Shown here piece after piece: positions 34,318-43,306 of a stretch of 64,000 bases of DNA. Made by a program: the position numbers and the translations under genes. The stretch covers positions 3,393-67,392 of the forward strand of contig CAZAZQ010000015.1 of assembly GCA_964489705.1 (NCBI GenBank), given 5' to 3'. This DNA comes from an uncultured Ignavibacteriales bacterium (lineage in GTDB: Bacteria; Zixibacteria; MSB-5A5; GN15; FEB-12). Numbering within the stretch: position 1 is the first letter of the stretch; each line of letters starts with the position of its first letter. Under the pieces are notes generated by a model. The model made no database searches and was not told the DNA's origin. It saw only the letters and a list, made by a program, of their open reading frames with translations.

Positions 34318-37119
34318 ATGTCTGCAAAAAAAACAGTACGTTCGAAAAAATCGACTTCCCCTAAAGCCACCAAGACGAAAAAGACTTCCGCGAAATCTTC
34401 AGAGAAAAAGACCAAAAAGTCCTCTCGGAAGTATTACTACTTTTTCGGAATGGGGAAAGCCGACGGCGATGCCTCCATGCGGGATCTCTTAGGAGGCAAA
34501 GGAGCCAACTTGGCGGAAATGAGCCGAGCCGGGATGCCGGTTCCGCCGGGGTTTACCATCACGACCGAGGTCTGTCGGTTGTATTATGAAAATTCTCTCA
34601 CGGTGCCGGATTACATCGACCGCGAGCTCGAGAAATACATGGCAATGATAGAAAAAGCGGTCGGTAAAAAGTTCGGTGATCCGTCCGACCCGCTGTTGGT
34701 TTCCGTTCGTTCCGGGGCGAAGTTTTCCATGCCGGGAATGATGGACACGATTCTCAATCTTGGGTTGAACCCCGAATCGGTGGAAGGTTTGGCGGCGAAG
34801 ACGGGGGATATGCGTTTTGCCCTCGACAATTACCGGCGGTTTATCGCCATGTTCGGAAACGTCGTATTGGGTATCGATAAAGAGCTTTTCGAAAACGTCA
34901 TTACCAAGATGAAAGCGGAGCGGCGAGTCAAGCAAGACAGCTCCCTTCAAGAAAACGACCTCAAGGCGATTATCAAGAAATTCAAGCAAATCATCAAACG
35001 GAAATCAGGTGAGGACTTCCCTGATGATCCCTATACCCAACTGCGGATGGCTCGCGACGCCGTCTTTCGGAGTTGGAACAACCCACGGGCGATTTCCTAT
35101 CGCCGTATGAACAACATCCCCTCGGACTTGGGGACCGCCGTGACGGTGCAGGCAATGGTGTTCGGCAATATGGGCAACCATTCCGCCACCGGGGTCGGCT
35201 TTACCCGGAACCCTTCGACTGGTGAGAAGGAATTCTACGGCGAGTATCTCGTGAACGCCCAGGGAGAAGATGTCGTCGCCGGGATTCGGACGCCGCAGCC
35301 GATCAGCGAGTTGGCAAACGAGATGCCGGAAGCCTACAAGCAGTTGAAGAGCATCACGACCCGCTTGGAGAAGCACTACCGCGACATGCAGGATTTCGAG
35401 TTTACCATCCAGGAGAACAAGCTCTATATGCTCCAGACCCGCAACGGCAAGCGGACGGTGCAGGCGGCGATTAAAATCGCCGTTGACATGGTAAAAGAAA
35501 AGCTAATTACCAAAGAAGAAGCCCTTATGCGCTTGAATCCGCAAGACCTCGACAATCTGCTGCACCCACGTTTGGACCCGAAAGCGAAGTACGAAGTGAT
35601 TGCCAAAGGGTTACCGGCATCGCCGGGCGCCGTTTCCGGGAAAGTGTATTTCACCGCTGATGACGTGGTCAAATATGGCGCCAAAGAACCGGCTATTTTG
35701 GTGCGAGAAGAAACGAACCCCGACGACATCGAAGGGATGAACGTCGCGGTGGGGATTTTGACTTCCCGGGGCGGGATGACCTCCCACGCTGCCGTAGTTG
35801 CCCGCGGGATGGGCAAATGCTGCGTCTCCGGCGCCGAAGCGGTGCGGGTGAATACCGTCAAGAAACAGTTCCAAGTCGGGAAATTGATTATCAAAGAAGG
35901 GGAAGTCATTACCCTCAACGGTTCCACCGGAGAAGTCATTCTCGGGGAAGTCCCGACTATCGAACCGGAGTTGTCGGGCGAGTTTTCCCAGTTTATGAAG
36001 TGGGCGGATGAAGTGCGGCGGTTGAAAGTGCGTACCAACGCCGACACTCCACGAGATTCCGAGCAGGCGTTGAAATTCGGCGCGGAAGGAATCGGCTTGT
36101 GCCGCACCGAGCACATGTTCTTTGCCGAAGAGCGAATCCCGATTGTGCAGGAGATGATTCTTGCCGACTCGCCCGAAGAGCGGCAGATGGCTCTGGAGAA
36201 GTTGCTTTCCTTCCAGAAAAAGGATTTCAAGAAGATTCTCGATGTTATGAAAGGATTGCCGGTAACCATCCGGACCCTCGATCCGCCTTTGCATGAGTTC
36301 CTGCCGCGGAAGGAAGAGATTCAGGCAAAGATTGAAGAGCTTGATCCCAAGAGTGAAGATTACGAAGAAGATCTGGCGAAGTTGAACAAAATTATCCGCC
36401 GTATCGACGAGCTGACGGAGCTGAACCCGATGTTGGGACACCGCGGTTGTCGGTTGGGAATTGTCTACCCGGAAATTACCGAGATGCAGGTACGGGCGAT
36501 TATCCAAGCGGCGTGTGAGTTGGTCAAGGACAAGAAGAAAGTCTACCCGGAGATTATGATACCGCTGGTGGGGCATGTGAACGAATTCCGTCATCAGAAG
36601 GAAGTCGTCGTTCGGGTTGCCAACGAAGTTATTGCGAAAAACCGGGTAAAAAATCTGCCGTACCAAATCGGCACTATGGTGGAGATTCCGCGGGCGGCAC
36701 TGACGGCTGACGAAATCGCCGAGGAAGCGGAGTTCTTCAGTTTCGGCACCAATGACCTCACCCAGATGACGATGGGCTTTTCGCGGGACGATGCCGGGAA
36801 GTTCTTGGGCTTCTACTTGGAGCATGGAATTTTGCCGCAAGACCCATTTGTCACCATCGACCAAGACGGAGTCGGACAGCTAATCCGCATGGGTACGGAA
36901 AAGGGCAGAAAGACCCGACCCGATTTGAAAGTCGGCATCTGCGGCGAGCACGGCGGCGATCCGGCGTCGATTCGCTTCTGCCATGAAATCGGCTTGGACT
37001 ACGTCTCTTGCTCCCCGTACCGGGTGCCGATTGCGCGCCTTGCCGCAGCGCAAGCGGTCTTGTTGGAAAAAGACAAGAAAAAATCGAAAAAGTCCTTCAC
37101 CCATGCCGGGACGGTATAG
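34318..37119 (+). CDS. ppdK: Pyruvate, phosphate dikinase with a ~37-aa Lys/Ser/Thr-rich N-terminal extension
   Basis: GGKGANLAEM, the catalytic-His region TSRGGMTSHAAVVARGMG, and the PEP-utilising C-terminal domain (GLCRTEHMF, FFSFGTNDLTQ, GICGEHGGDP). GAGAGGG RBS 7 nt before ATG 34318. Confidence 0.95.
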   Translation: MSAKKTVRSKKSTSPKATKTKKTSAKSSEKKTKKSSRKYYYFFGMGKADGDASMRDLLGGKGANLAEMSRAGMPVPPGFTITTEVCRLYYENSLTVPDYIDRELEKYMAMIEKAVGKKFGDPSDPLLVSVRSGAKFSMPGMMDTILNLGLNPESVEGLAAKTGDMRFALDNYRRFIAMFGNVVLGIDKELFENVITKMKAERRVKQDSSLQENDLKAIIKKFKQIIKRKSGEDFPDDPYTQLRMARDAVFRSWNNPRAISYRRMNNIPSDLGTAVTVQAMVFGNMGNHSATGVGFTRNPSTGEKEFYGEYLVNAQGEDVVAGIRTPQPISELANEMPEAYKQLKSITTRLEKHYRDMQDFEFTIQENKLYMLQTRNGKRTVQAAIKIAVDMVKEKLITKEEALMRLNPQDLDNLLHPRLDPKAKYEVIAKGLPASPGAVSGKVYFTADDVVKYGAKEPAILVREETNPDDIEGMNVAVGILTSRGGMTSHAAVVARGMGKCCVSGAEAVRVNTVKKQFQVGKLIIKEGEVITLNGSTGEVILGEVPTIEPELSGEFSQFMKWADEVRRLKVRTNADTPRDSEQALKFGAEGIGLCRTEHMFFAEERIPIVQEMILADSPEERQMALEKLLSFQKKDFKKILDVMKGLPVTIRTLDPPLHEFLPRKEEIQAKIEELDPKSEDYEEDLAKLNKIIRRIDELTELNPMLGHRGCRLGIVYPEITEMQVRAIIQAACELVKDKKKVYPEIMIPLVGHVNEFRHQKEVVVRVANEVIAKNRVKNLPYQIGTMVEIPRAALTADEIAEEAEFFSFGTNDLTQMTMGFSRDDAGKFLGFYLEHGILPQDPFVTIDQDGVGQLIRMGTEKGRKTRPDLKVGICGEHGGDPASIRFCHEIGLDYVSCSPYRVPIARLAAAQAVLLEKDKKKSKKSFTHAGTV

Positions 37120-37158
37120 CGGCTTTTCGTGACCCTTTGAGATAACGAAAAGAAGAAA

Positions 37159-37188
37159 GCGGGCGTAGCAAAGAGCGCCCGTTTTTTT
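37159..37188 (+). terminator. Rho-independent terminator after ppdK
   Basis: gcgggcg (37159-37165), a 10-nt loop, cgcccgt (37176-37182), running into a T7 tract (37182-37188). It lies 40 nt after the stop. Confidence 0.6.
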
Positions 37189-37383
37189 CGGCGCATTTGT
37201 AGATAACATTCCCCGACAAAGACATGATGGATAGGCACCCGGCTAAAGGGTTGAGCGGCAAGGTAAAAAAGGATGGAAACAGTTTCGCTTGACTTTTGTT
37301 TGAGAATACGTTGATTCACCTTTGGCTTGTATGAGCCGATAAAAAGAACACGGTGAGCTGAGATAACGAAGAGAGAGCAAAGC

Positions 37384-39498
37384 ATGAGACAATCATTGAA
37401 AGCGATATTCGAACCGAAATCGGTTGCGGTTATCGGAGCGTCGACCCGGCGAGGTACCATCGGACGGGAAACGCTTCACAATATTTTGATAGCGGAGTTC
37501 AACGGAAAAGTCTTCCCGGTAAATCCCAAAGCCTCCGTCATTCACTCGATAAAAGCCTACTCGACGATTCTGGATGTCCCCGATGCGGTGGATTTGGCGA
37601 TTATCATCGTTCGGAAAGAGTTTGTCAAGGACGTGGTGGCGCAGTGTGGAGAGAAGGGGGTCAAGGGGTTGGTCGTTATCTCAGCCGGTTTTTCCGAGGT
37701 GGGCCCCGAAGGGAAAAAACGGGAGCAGGAAGTTCTCCAGGTTGTCCAAGAATACGGTATGCGGATGATAGGACCGAACTGCTTTGGGGTAGTGAATACC
37801 GATCCGAACGTCAGCCTCAACGCCACCTTCGGGAAAGTTTACCCCAAATGCGGGCGCATCGGCTTTATCACCCAGTCGGGTGCCATGGGGGAGGCGATTA
37901 TGAACCACGCCAAGGAATTGGGGATTGGGTTTTCGATTGTCGCCTCCATCGGCAACAAGGCTGATATTTCTTCAAACGATATCTTAGCGTACTTGAAGGA
38001 CGACCCTCGCACCGACATCATCTTGATGTACCTGGAGAACTTCGGTAACCCTCGCCACTTTACTCAAATCGCCCGAGAAGTATCACGGACGAAGCCGATT
38101 GTGGTGGTCAAGTCGGGACGAACCAAGCTGGGGGCAAAAGCGGCATCGTCGCATACCGGAGCGTTAGCGGGACTTGATGTCGGGGTGGATGCACTCTTTT
38201 ATCAGACCGGCGTGATGCGGGTCGATACCGTGGAAGAGTTGTTCGACGTTGCCAAAGCTCTCTCGACGCAGCCGGTGCCGAAAGGACGACGCGTCATGGT
38301 GGTGACGAATGCCGGCGGTCCCGGCATTTTGGCGACCGATGCTCTTATCAACAACGGCTTGGAGATGCCGGCGCTTTCACCGGCGACGATAAAAAAGCTG
38401 AAGAAGTTCATCTCATCCGAGGCTTCTTTTTCCAATCCCTTGGATATGGTCGCCGGGGCGGGACCGAAAGAGTTCAAACTCACGCTCAATACCGTTAAAC
38501 ATGACACCCACTACGATGCCATCGTGCCTATTTTTGTTCCTCCCGTGACGGTTGACCAGTTGGAGGTAGCGAAAAATATCCATGAGTCGCTGGCGGATTG
38601 TAAGCGGACGGTGCTGGCGTGCTTTATGGGAGCGGGGAGAGGCTCGGAAGGTATCGAGTATTTGAAAGAACACAATATCCCCGTCTATATTTACCCGGAA
38701 GCGATCGCCAAGACGCTTGCGACGATATGCCAGTACCGGGAGCGTATCTCTCAACCGCGCGGTAAGGTGCGAACGTTCGAGGTCAACTCCGACAAGGTGC
38801 GAAAAATAATCGACAAGACTATCCAAGAAGGCAACAACGCCATAGTCGGAGAACAAGCCATCGAGATTCTCAAAGCCTACGGCATTCCCGCGGCGGGCTA
38901 CGTTTACGCCTATTCCGCCGAGGAAGCGGCGGAAAAAGCCAAAGAGGTCGGCTATCCGGTCGTGATGAAAATCAGTACCCCCACCGTTCTGCACAAGACC
39001 GAGATGGGCGGCGTGAAGGTCGATTTGCGTACCGACAAAGAAGTTGTGGAAGCGTTTCGCGAGCTGCGGAAGCGGGTCGGTAAGATTCCGGAGGGAGAGA
39101 AGTTTTCGGTGGCAATGCAGAAGATGATTTCCGGCGGCATCGAGACGGTCATGGGCATGACGACCGATCCCTCGTTCGGTCCGCTCATCATGTTCGGTTT
39201 GGGCGGGATATACGTCGAGGTGATGAAAGATGTTTCCTTCCGGATTAACCCCTTGACCGACGAGGGAGCCAAGGAAATGATTCGCTCGGTGCGTTCCTAC
39301 CCGTTGCTGACCGGTTTTCGCGGCGCTCAGCCGGTCGACTTGGAAACGGTCGAGGAAGCCTTGCTGCGTTTGTCCCAACTGGTGAAAGACTTTGATTGCT
39401 TCTCGGAAATAGACATCAACCCGTTCATTGCTTCTCCTTCGAAGTCAAAATGCAAGGCGGTGGATGCCCGCTTCATTATTAAGACCAAGCAGGAATAA
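37384..39498 (+). CDS. ADP-forming acetyl-CoA synthetase (fused alpha-beta; CoA-binding, CoA-ligase and ATP-grasp domains)
   Basis: N-terminal CoA-binding domain (PKSVAVIGAS..G, VNPK), the phospho-His loop GHTGALAG-type (SSHTGALAG), and a C-terminal ATP-grasp domain (GYPVVMKI..HKTE.GGV). Confidence 0.85.
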   Translation: MRQSLKAIFEPKSVAVIGASTRRGTIGRETLHNILIAEFNGKVFPVNPKASVIHSIKAYSTILDVPDAVDLAIIIVRKEFVKDVVAQCGEKGVKGLVVISAGFSEVGPEGKKREQEVLQVVQEYGMRMIGPNCFGVVNTDPNVSLNATFGKVYPKCGRIGFITQSGAMGEAIMNHAKELGIGFSIVASIGNKADISSNDILAYLKDDPRTDIILMYLENFGNPRHFTQIAREVSRTKPIVVVKSGRTKLGAKAASSHTGALAGLDVGVDALFYQTGVMRVDTVEELFDVAKALSTQPVPKGRRVMVVTNAGGPGILATDALINNGLEMPALSPATIKKLKKFISSEASFSNPLDMVAGAGPKEFKLTLNTVKHDTHYDAIVPIFVPPVTVDQLEVAKNIHESLADCKRTVLACFMGAGRGSEGIEYLKEHNIPVYIYPEAIAKTLATICQYRERISQPRGKVRTFEVNSDKVRKIIDKTIQEGNNAIVGEQAIEILKAYGIPAAGYVYAYSAEEAAEKAKEVGYPVVMKISTPTVLHKTEMGGVKVDLRTDKEVVEAFRELRKRVGKIPEGEKFSVAMQKMISGGIETVMGMTTDPSFGPLIMFGLGGIYVEVMKDVSFRINPLTDEGAKEMIRSVRSYPLLTGFRGAQPVDLETVEEALLRLSQLVKDFDCFSEIDINPFIASPSKSKCKAVDARFIIKTKQE

Positions 39499-39683
39499 TT
39501 GCGGTAATTGACTTGAATTTTTCAAGTGGTGAGCTATTTTTTCCTCGAGGTTTCCGCGGAAACCGTAGAATGGGATGAATTGGTGTTGAAATCGCCGAAC
39601 ATCAGTGATGCAACAAAAGGAATTGAGCCGGTTTTCTTCAAAGAAAGTGACGGCGGGAGCAATACCGAAAATTGAGGATAGCT

Positions 39684-40220
39684 ATGCGGTATGAAATCAA
39701 ATCATTGGGTATATGGTCCCTGGTAAAGGTCTCGTTCTTTTTTAATATCATCTTTGGCTTTATCATCGGGTTACTGTATGCGGTTTTGATGTCTTTTATT
39801 ATGGCGCTGTTTTCCAACTATCCCGGCTTCGGTCCCGCCGATTTTGAGGCGGAGATGGAGGGGATGTCCCTTGGAGTGATGATTCTTGTTTTCCCTTTTA
39901 TGTTTGCAATTATGGGAGCGTTGTTCAATACCGTTATTGCGGCGATTGTGGCGGCGGTCTATAATTTGATTGCGCGGTTCGTGGGCGGTTTCGAGCTCAA
40001 TTTAGCGCCAGTCGAAGGTGAAACTACCCCCGGTCCCCCGCCGACTTCTCCCCACCAGACAGCATCGTATTCGCAATCTCCACCCCCTCCTCCTTCCGAG
40101 CCACCCCCGTCACCTCCCTCATTACCTCCCCATCCACCGGAAACACCTCCTCCTTCGTCGCCACCGACACCGCCACCACCTTCCCAGGAAGAGCCTCCGC
40201 CGCCGCGACAGCCGGAGTAA
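39684..40220 (+). CDS. Small membrane protein (two TM helices, tentatively DUF3566-like) with a Pro-rich C-terminal tail
   Basis: ATG 39684 follows GAGGA. The TM segments are FFFNIIFGFIIGLLYAVLMSFIMALF and LGVMILVFPFMFAIMGALFNTVIAAIVAAV. The last ~67 residues are about half proline. Confidence 0.55.
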   Translation: MRYEIKSLGIWSLVKVSFFFNIIFGFIIGLLYAVLMSFIMALFSNYPGFGPADFEAEMEGMSLGVMILVFPFMFAIMGALFNTVIAAIVAAVYNLIARFVGGFELNLAPVEGETTPGPPPTSPHQTASYSQSPPPPPSEPPPSPPSLPPHPPETPPPSSPPTPPPPSQEEPPPPRQPE

Positions 40221-40235
40221 GAAAGAGGACGTTTT

Positions 40236-41714
40236 ATGGATACGGAAACAGTCAGAGTTCGCATCGCTCCGTCACCGACGGGGTACTTGCATGTCGGCAC
40301 TGCCCGAACGGCGATTTTCAACTACCTGTTTGCCCGCCACTTTGGCGGAAAGTTCTTGGTGCGGATAGAGGATACCGATACCGAGCGCTCCGACGCTTCT
40401 CTTATCGAGCCTATTTTGGAAGGTATGAAATGGTTGGGGATATCGTGGGATGAGGAGATTGTCTATCAGTCCCGGCGTCTCGAGTGCTATGCCCTTTTTG
40501 CCCGGCAAATTTTGGAATCAGGGTACGGCTACCGCTGCTTTTGCACTCCCGAGCAGTTGGAAGAAGATAGACAAAAAGCCCGCGCCGAGAAAAAGCCGTT
40601 GCAATACAACCGGCGTTGTTTGCATTTGTCCGATGAGGAAATTCAAAGAAAACTTGAAGCCGGAGAAAAGTTTACCATCCGCTTGAAAATCCCTGACGGC
40701 GTCTCGACCTTCCGCGATATGATAGCCGGTGAGATTTCCCGCCAAAACAGTGAAATTGAAGATTTCATTATCGCCCGCTCCGACGGCTCCGCCACCTACA
40801 ATCTGGCAGTGGTGGTCGACGATCACGAAATGGGCATTACCCATGTTATTCGGGGAAACGACCACATTACCAACACCTTCAAGCAGCTTCACATTTATCA
40901 TGCCCTTGGCTGGAGGCCGCCGGAGTTTGGCCATATCTCTCTGACCTTGCGCCCGGACAAGAGAAAAGTTTCCAAGCGGCTTGGCGATAAAGACATCAAC
41001 GAGTACAGCCGTGAGGGGATTCTTCCCGAAGCAATGTTCAACTACCTGTGCTTGCTCGGTTGGTCGCCGAAGACCGATAGGGAAATTTATACCCCGAACG
41101 AGCTTATTGAAATTTTCGACCCGAAAAACTTCAACCAGTCCAACGCTATTTTTGACGAAGAAAAGTTGCTTGCTTTCAACAAGGCACACATTGCCAAAAA
41201 AAGCGACCATGAGTTGGCGGTGGAGGTGGCGCCGCTGTTGGTGGAAGCCGGGTTGACGACAAAATACTGGCTGGAAACGCGGTGGGAATATCTCCGGGCG
41301 GTAATTCATCTTTTGAAAGAGCGGGTGAAGCGCATTCCGGATTTCGTGACGCACGGCGGCTACTTTTTCTCGTTCGATTATACGTACGATCCCAAAGCCG
41401 CTCAGAAGCAGTTTACTCCCGAAAACGCCGAGCTGCTGGAAGAACTGGCAAACCGCTTTGACAAGCTGCCGGAATTTACTCTCGAGAACACCGAGCAGAC
41501 ACTCAGCGAATTGGCGGAAGAGCGGGGCATCAAGCGAGCCAAGCTGATTCATCCGACGCGGTTGGCGGTTACGGGGATGCCTGCCGGTCCCGGTTTGTTT
41601 GACGTGTTGGTGCTTTTGACCAAGCGGGTGGTGGTCGAGCGAATGCGCAAGGCGGTGGAATACATTAGGACTATGGAGACGAAAGGCGAACAAACACCTT
41701 CGCAAGAAGGATAA
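40236..41714 (+). CDS. gltX: Glutamate--tRNA ligase
   Basis: RIAPSPTGYLHVGTARTA (HIGH motif), KVSKRLG (KMSKS variant), and a typical GluRS catalytic core and anticodon-binding tail. Confidence 0.95.
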   Translation: MDTETVRVRIAPSPTGYLHVGTARTAIFNYLFARHFGGKFLVRIEDTDTERSDASLIEPILEGMKWLGISWDEEIVYQSRRLECYALFARQILESGYGYRCFCTPEQLEEDRQKARAEKKPLQYNRRCLHLSDEEIQRKLEAGEKFTIRLKIPDGVSTFRDMIAGEISRQNSEIEDFIIARSDGSATYNLAVVVDDHEMGITHVIRGNDHITNTFKQLHIYHALGWRPPEFGHISLTLRPDKRKVSKRLGDKDINEYSREGILPEAMFNYLCLLGWSPKTDREIYTPNELIEIFDPKNFNQSNAIFDEEKLLAFNKAHIAKKSDHELAVEVAPLLVEAGLTTKYWLETRWEYLRAVIHLLKERVKRIPDFVTHGGYFFSFDYTYDPKAAQKQFTPENAELLEELANRFDKLPEFTLENTEQTLSELAEERGIKRAKLIHPTRLAVTGMPAGPGLFDVLVLLTKRVVVERMRKAVEYIRTMETKGEQTPSQEG

Positions 41715-41727
41715 AGGAAATAATACG

Positions 41728-42225
41728 GTGGATACAAAACAGAAAGTAGCAGAGACGCTGAAAAGGGCTATCAAGGGAGAAGAAGACGGCTATAAATTTT
41801 ATGACCTTCTCTCGAAAAAAGTGGCGAACGAAGATGCGCGACGCAAGCTGGAAAACCTGCGTGACGACGAGAAACGCCACAAAGAAACCTTGATTGAGAT
41901 TTTCCATAAACATATCGGTGGTGAAATTGGCGAACTCCCGGAGAAAGGTATCAATGTTTTGGCGGAAGTCTTTCGGAAGGGGCATCTGGAAGAGCGGAAA
42001 ACCGAGATGGAATTCCTTGACTTGGCGATTGATGCCGAGTTGGCGGCGACAAAGTATTATCGCGAGGAAAGAGACCTGGTAGACGACGAGGATTTCAAAA
42101 AGATTTTCGACCAACTTGCCGATGAAGAACACCGTCATTATGAGTTATTGATGTCGGAGCGGGAGGCGCTATCGGGAAATTACTTTTGGTTTGCCTATGA
42201 CGATTCTTCACCGATGGAGCACTGA
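41728..42225 (+). CDS. Ferritin-like diiron protein (rubrerythrin N-terminal-domain type, lacking the rubredoxin domain)
   Basis: Two E..H metal motifs in four-helix spacing (DDEKRHKETL and ADEEHRHYELL). GTG start after AAAGGAAA. Confidence 0.7.
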   Translation: MDTKQKVAETLKRAIKGEEDGYKFYDLLSKKVANEDARRKLENLRDDEKRHKETLIEIFHKHIGGEIGELPEKGINVLAEVFRKGHLEERKTEMEFLDLAIDAELAATKYYREERDLVDDEDFKKIFDQLADEEHRHYELLMSEREALSGNYFWFAYDDSSPMEH

Positions 42226-42360
42226 GGAATCGGGTGGGCGGACAAAATGCTTTTGCGGAAATAATGTCGTGCATATTTTTGTTGAGAAAACCTTGACGGG
42301 ACAATGGTATAATACTCATGCGCGGAAGCCGTTGGAAAACGGAGAGGTGATGGACAAACC

Positions 42361-42573
42361 TTGAAGGGGATGACGACCATGCAGTTGGAGTGTGAAGTCT
42401 GCGGATATATTCATGATGACAGTGAGTTGCCGGAAGTCTGTCCTATCTGCGGGGCACCCAAAAGCAAATTTTTCGAGCGGTATGACGACGAAAATGCCTT
42501 GTTGGATGACGCCTTGATGCAGGAAGAGAGAGACGACCGCGACGATTTCTACTATGGAGAGTATGATGAGTGA
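42361..42573 (+). CDS. Stand-alone rubredoxin-like Cys4 zinc-ribbon/iron-binding protein with an acidic tail
   Basis: CEVCGY..(12 aa)..CPICGAPK matches the C-terminal rubredoxin-like domain of rubrerythrins. The start codon is uncertain (TTG 42361, ATG 42370 or ATG 42379). Confidence 0.6.
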   Translation: MKGMTTMQLECEVCGYIHDDSELPEVCPICGAPKSKFFERYDDENALLDDALMQEERDDRDDFYYGEYDE

Positions 42574-43096
42574 GCATTCGGGCGACGTATCCATAACGGA
42601 AGACCATCGCAGCGCCCCGCAACTCTTGCACATCGGCGATGAGGCGCCGGATTTTACCCTGCCGACCCATAACGAAGGGGAGTTGAACTTGCGGTGGTAT
42701 CGCGGTCGGAAGAACGTGGTGCTGGCATTCTACCCGGGCGATTTTACCCCGGTCTGCGCTACGCAAGTACCGGGCTATCAACCGTTGCTTAACAAGTTTG
42801 AGCAGTACAACACCCAACTTCTGGCGATTTCGGTTGATTCCATTGCCTGCCATGCCGCCTGGGCGCGCTCGTTGGGAGGGCTCTCGTTCCCCCTGATGTC
42901 GGATTACTACCCCCACGGGGAAGTCGCCAAAAAGTACGGGGTCCTGAATCGAAAAGGCTATGCCGAGCGGACGATATTTCTCATCGACATCGAAGGCAGA
43001 ATCCGCTGGATTGAGCTTTTGGAACCGTACGACTTGCCCAATAACGACGAGCTTTTCCGGCAGTTGGCGCTGGTTTATCGGGAGCAGGCTGGCTGA
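42554..43096 (+). CDS. Peroxiredoxin (AhpC/TSA family, Cys-type)
   Basis: VVLAFYPGDFTPVCATQ contains the peroxidatic Cys. A thioredoxin-fold remainder follows (LLAISVDS, FPLMSD). Confidence 0.85.
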   Translation: MESMMSEHSGDVSITEDHRSAPQLLHIGDEAPDFTLPTHNEGELNLRWYRGRKNVVLAFYPGDFTPVCATQVPGYQPLLNKFEQYNTQLLAISVDSIACHAAWARSLGGLSFPLMSDYYPHGEVAKKYGVLNRKGYAERTIFLIDIEGRIRWIELLEPYDLPNNDELFRQLALVYREQAG

Positions 43097-43306
43097 AGCA
43101 GAGTAGGCGATGAGAAGGAAAGCGGCATCCTTTTGAATGCCGGGACGGCAAGAACCTCTTGCCGAGACAGCAGGGAAAGTGGGTCTTTTTTTATCCCTTT
43201 CAGCAGGAAAGTTTTTCTCCTTTCAGGCGGATAATTGTCCGATTTGGTGAACCGGTTCGGGGATTTCTTTGTTAGGGTACACAAGACATAACAAAGGAGG
43301 TACAAT

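Noticed and set aside
33713-34327. 204-aa minus-strand ORF opposite the small basic protein
   Set aside because: It has no RBS and a repetitive Leu/Phe/Arg-rich translation. It mirrors the Lys/Glu-rich plus-strand ORF, which does have an RBS. Neither is strongly supported, but the plus-strand reading is more gene-like.
39549-39564. Perfect 16-nt palindrome GGTTTCCGCGGAAACC (and cttgaa-ttt-ttcaag at about 39513-39527) after the acetyl-CoA synthetase gene, considered as a terminator
   Set aside because: No U-tract follows on either strand. It could be a protein-binding site, but nothing else supports a call.
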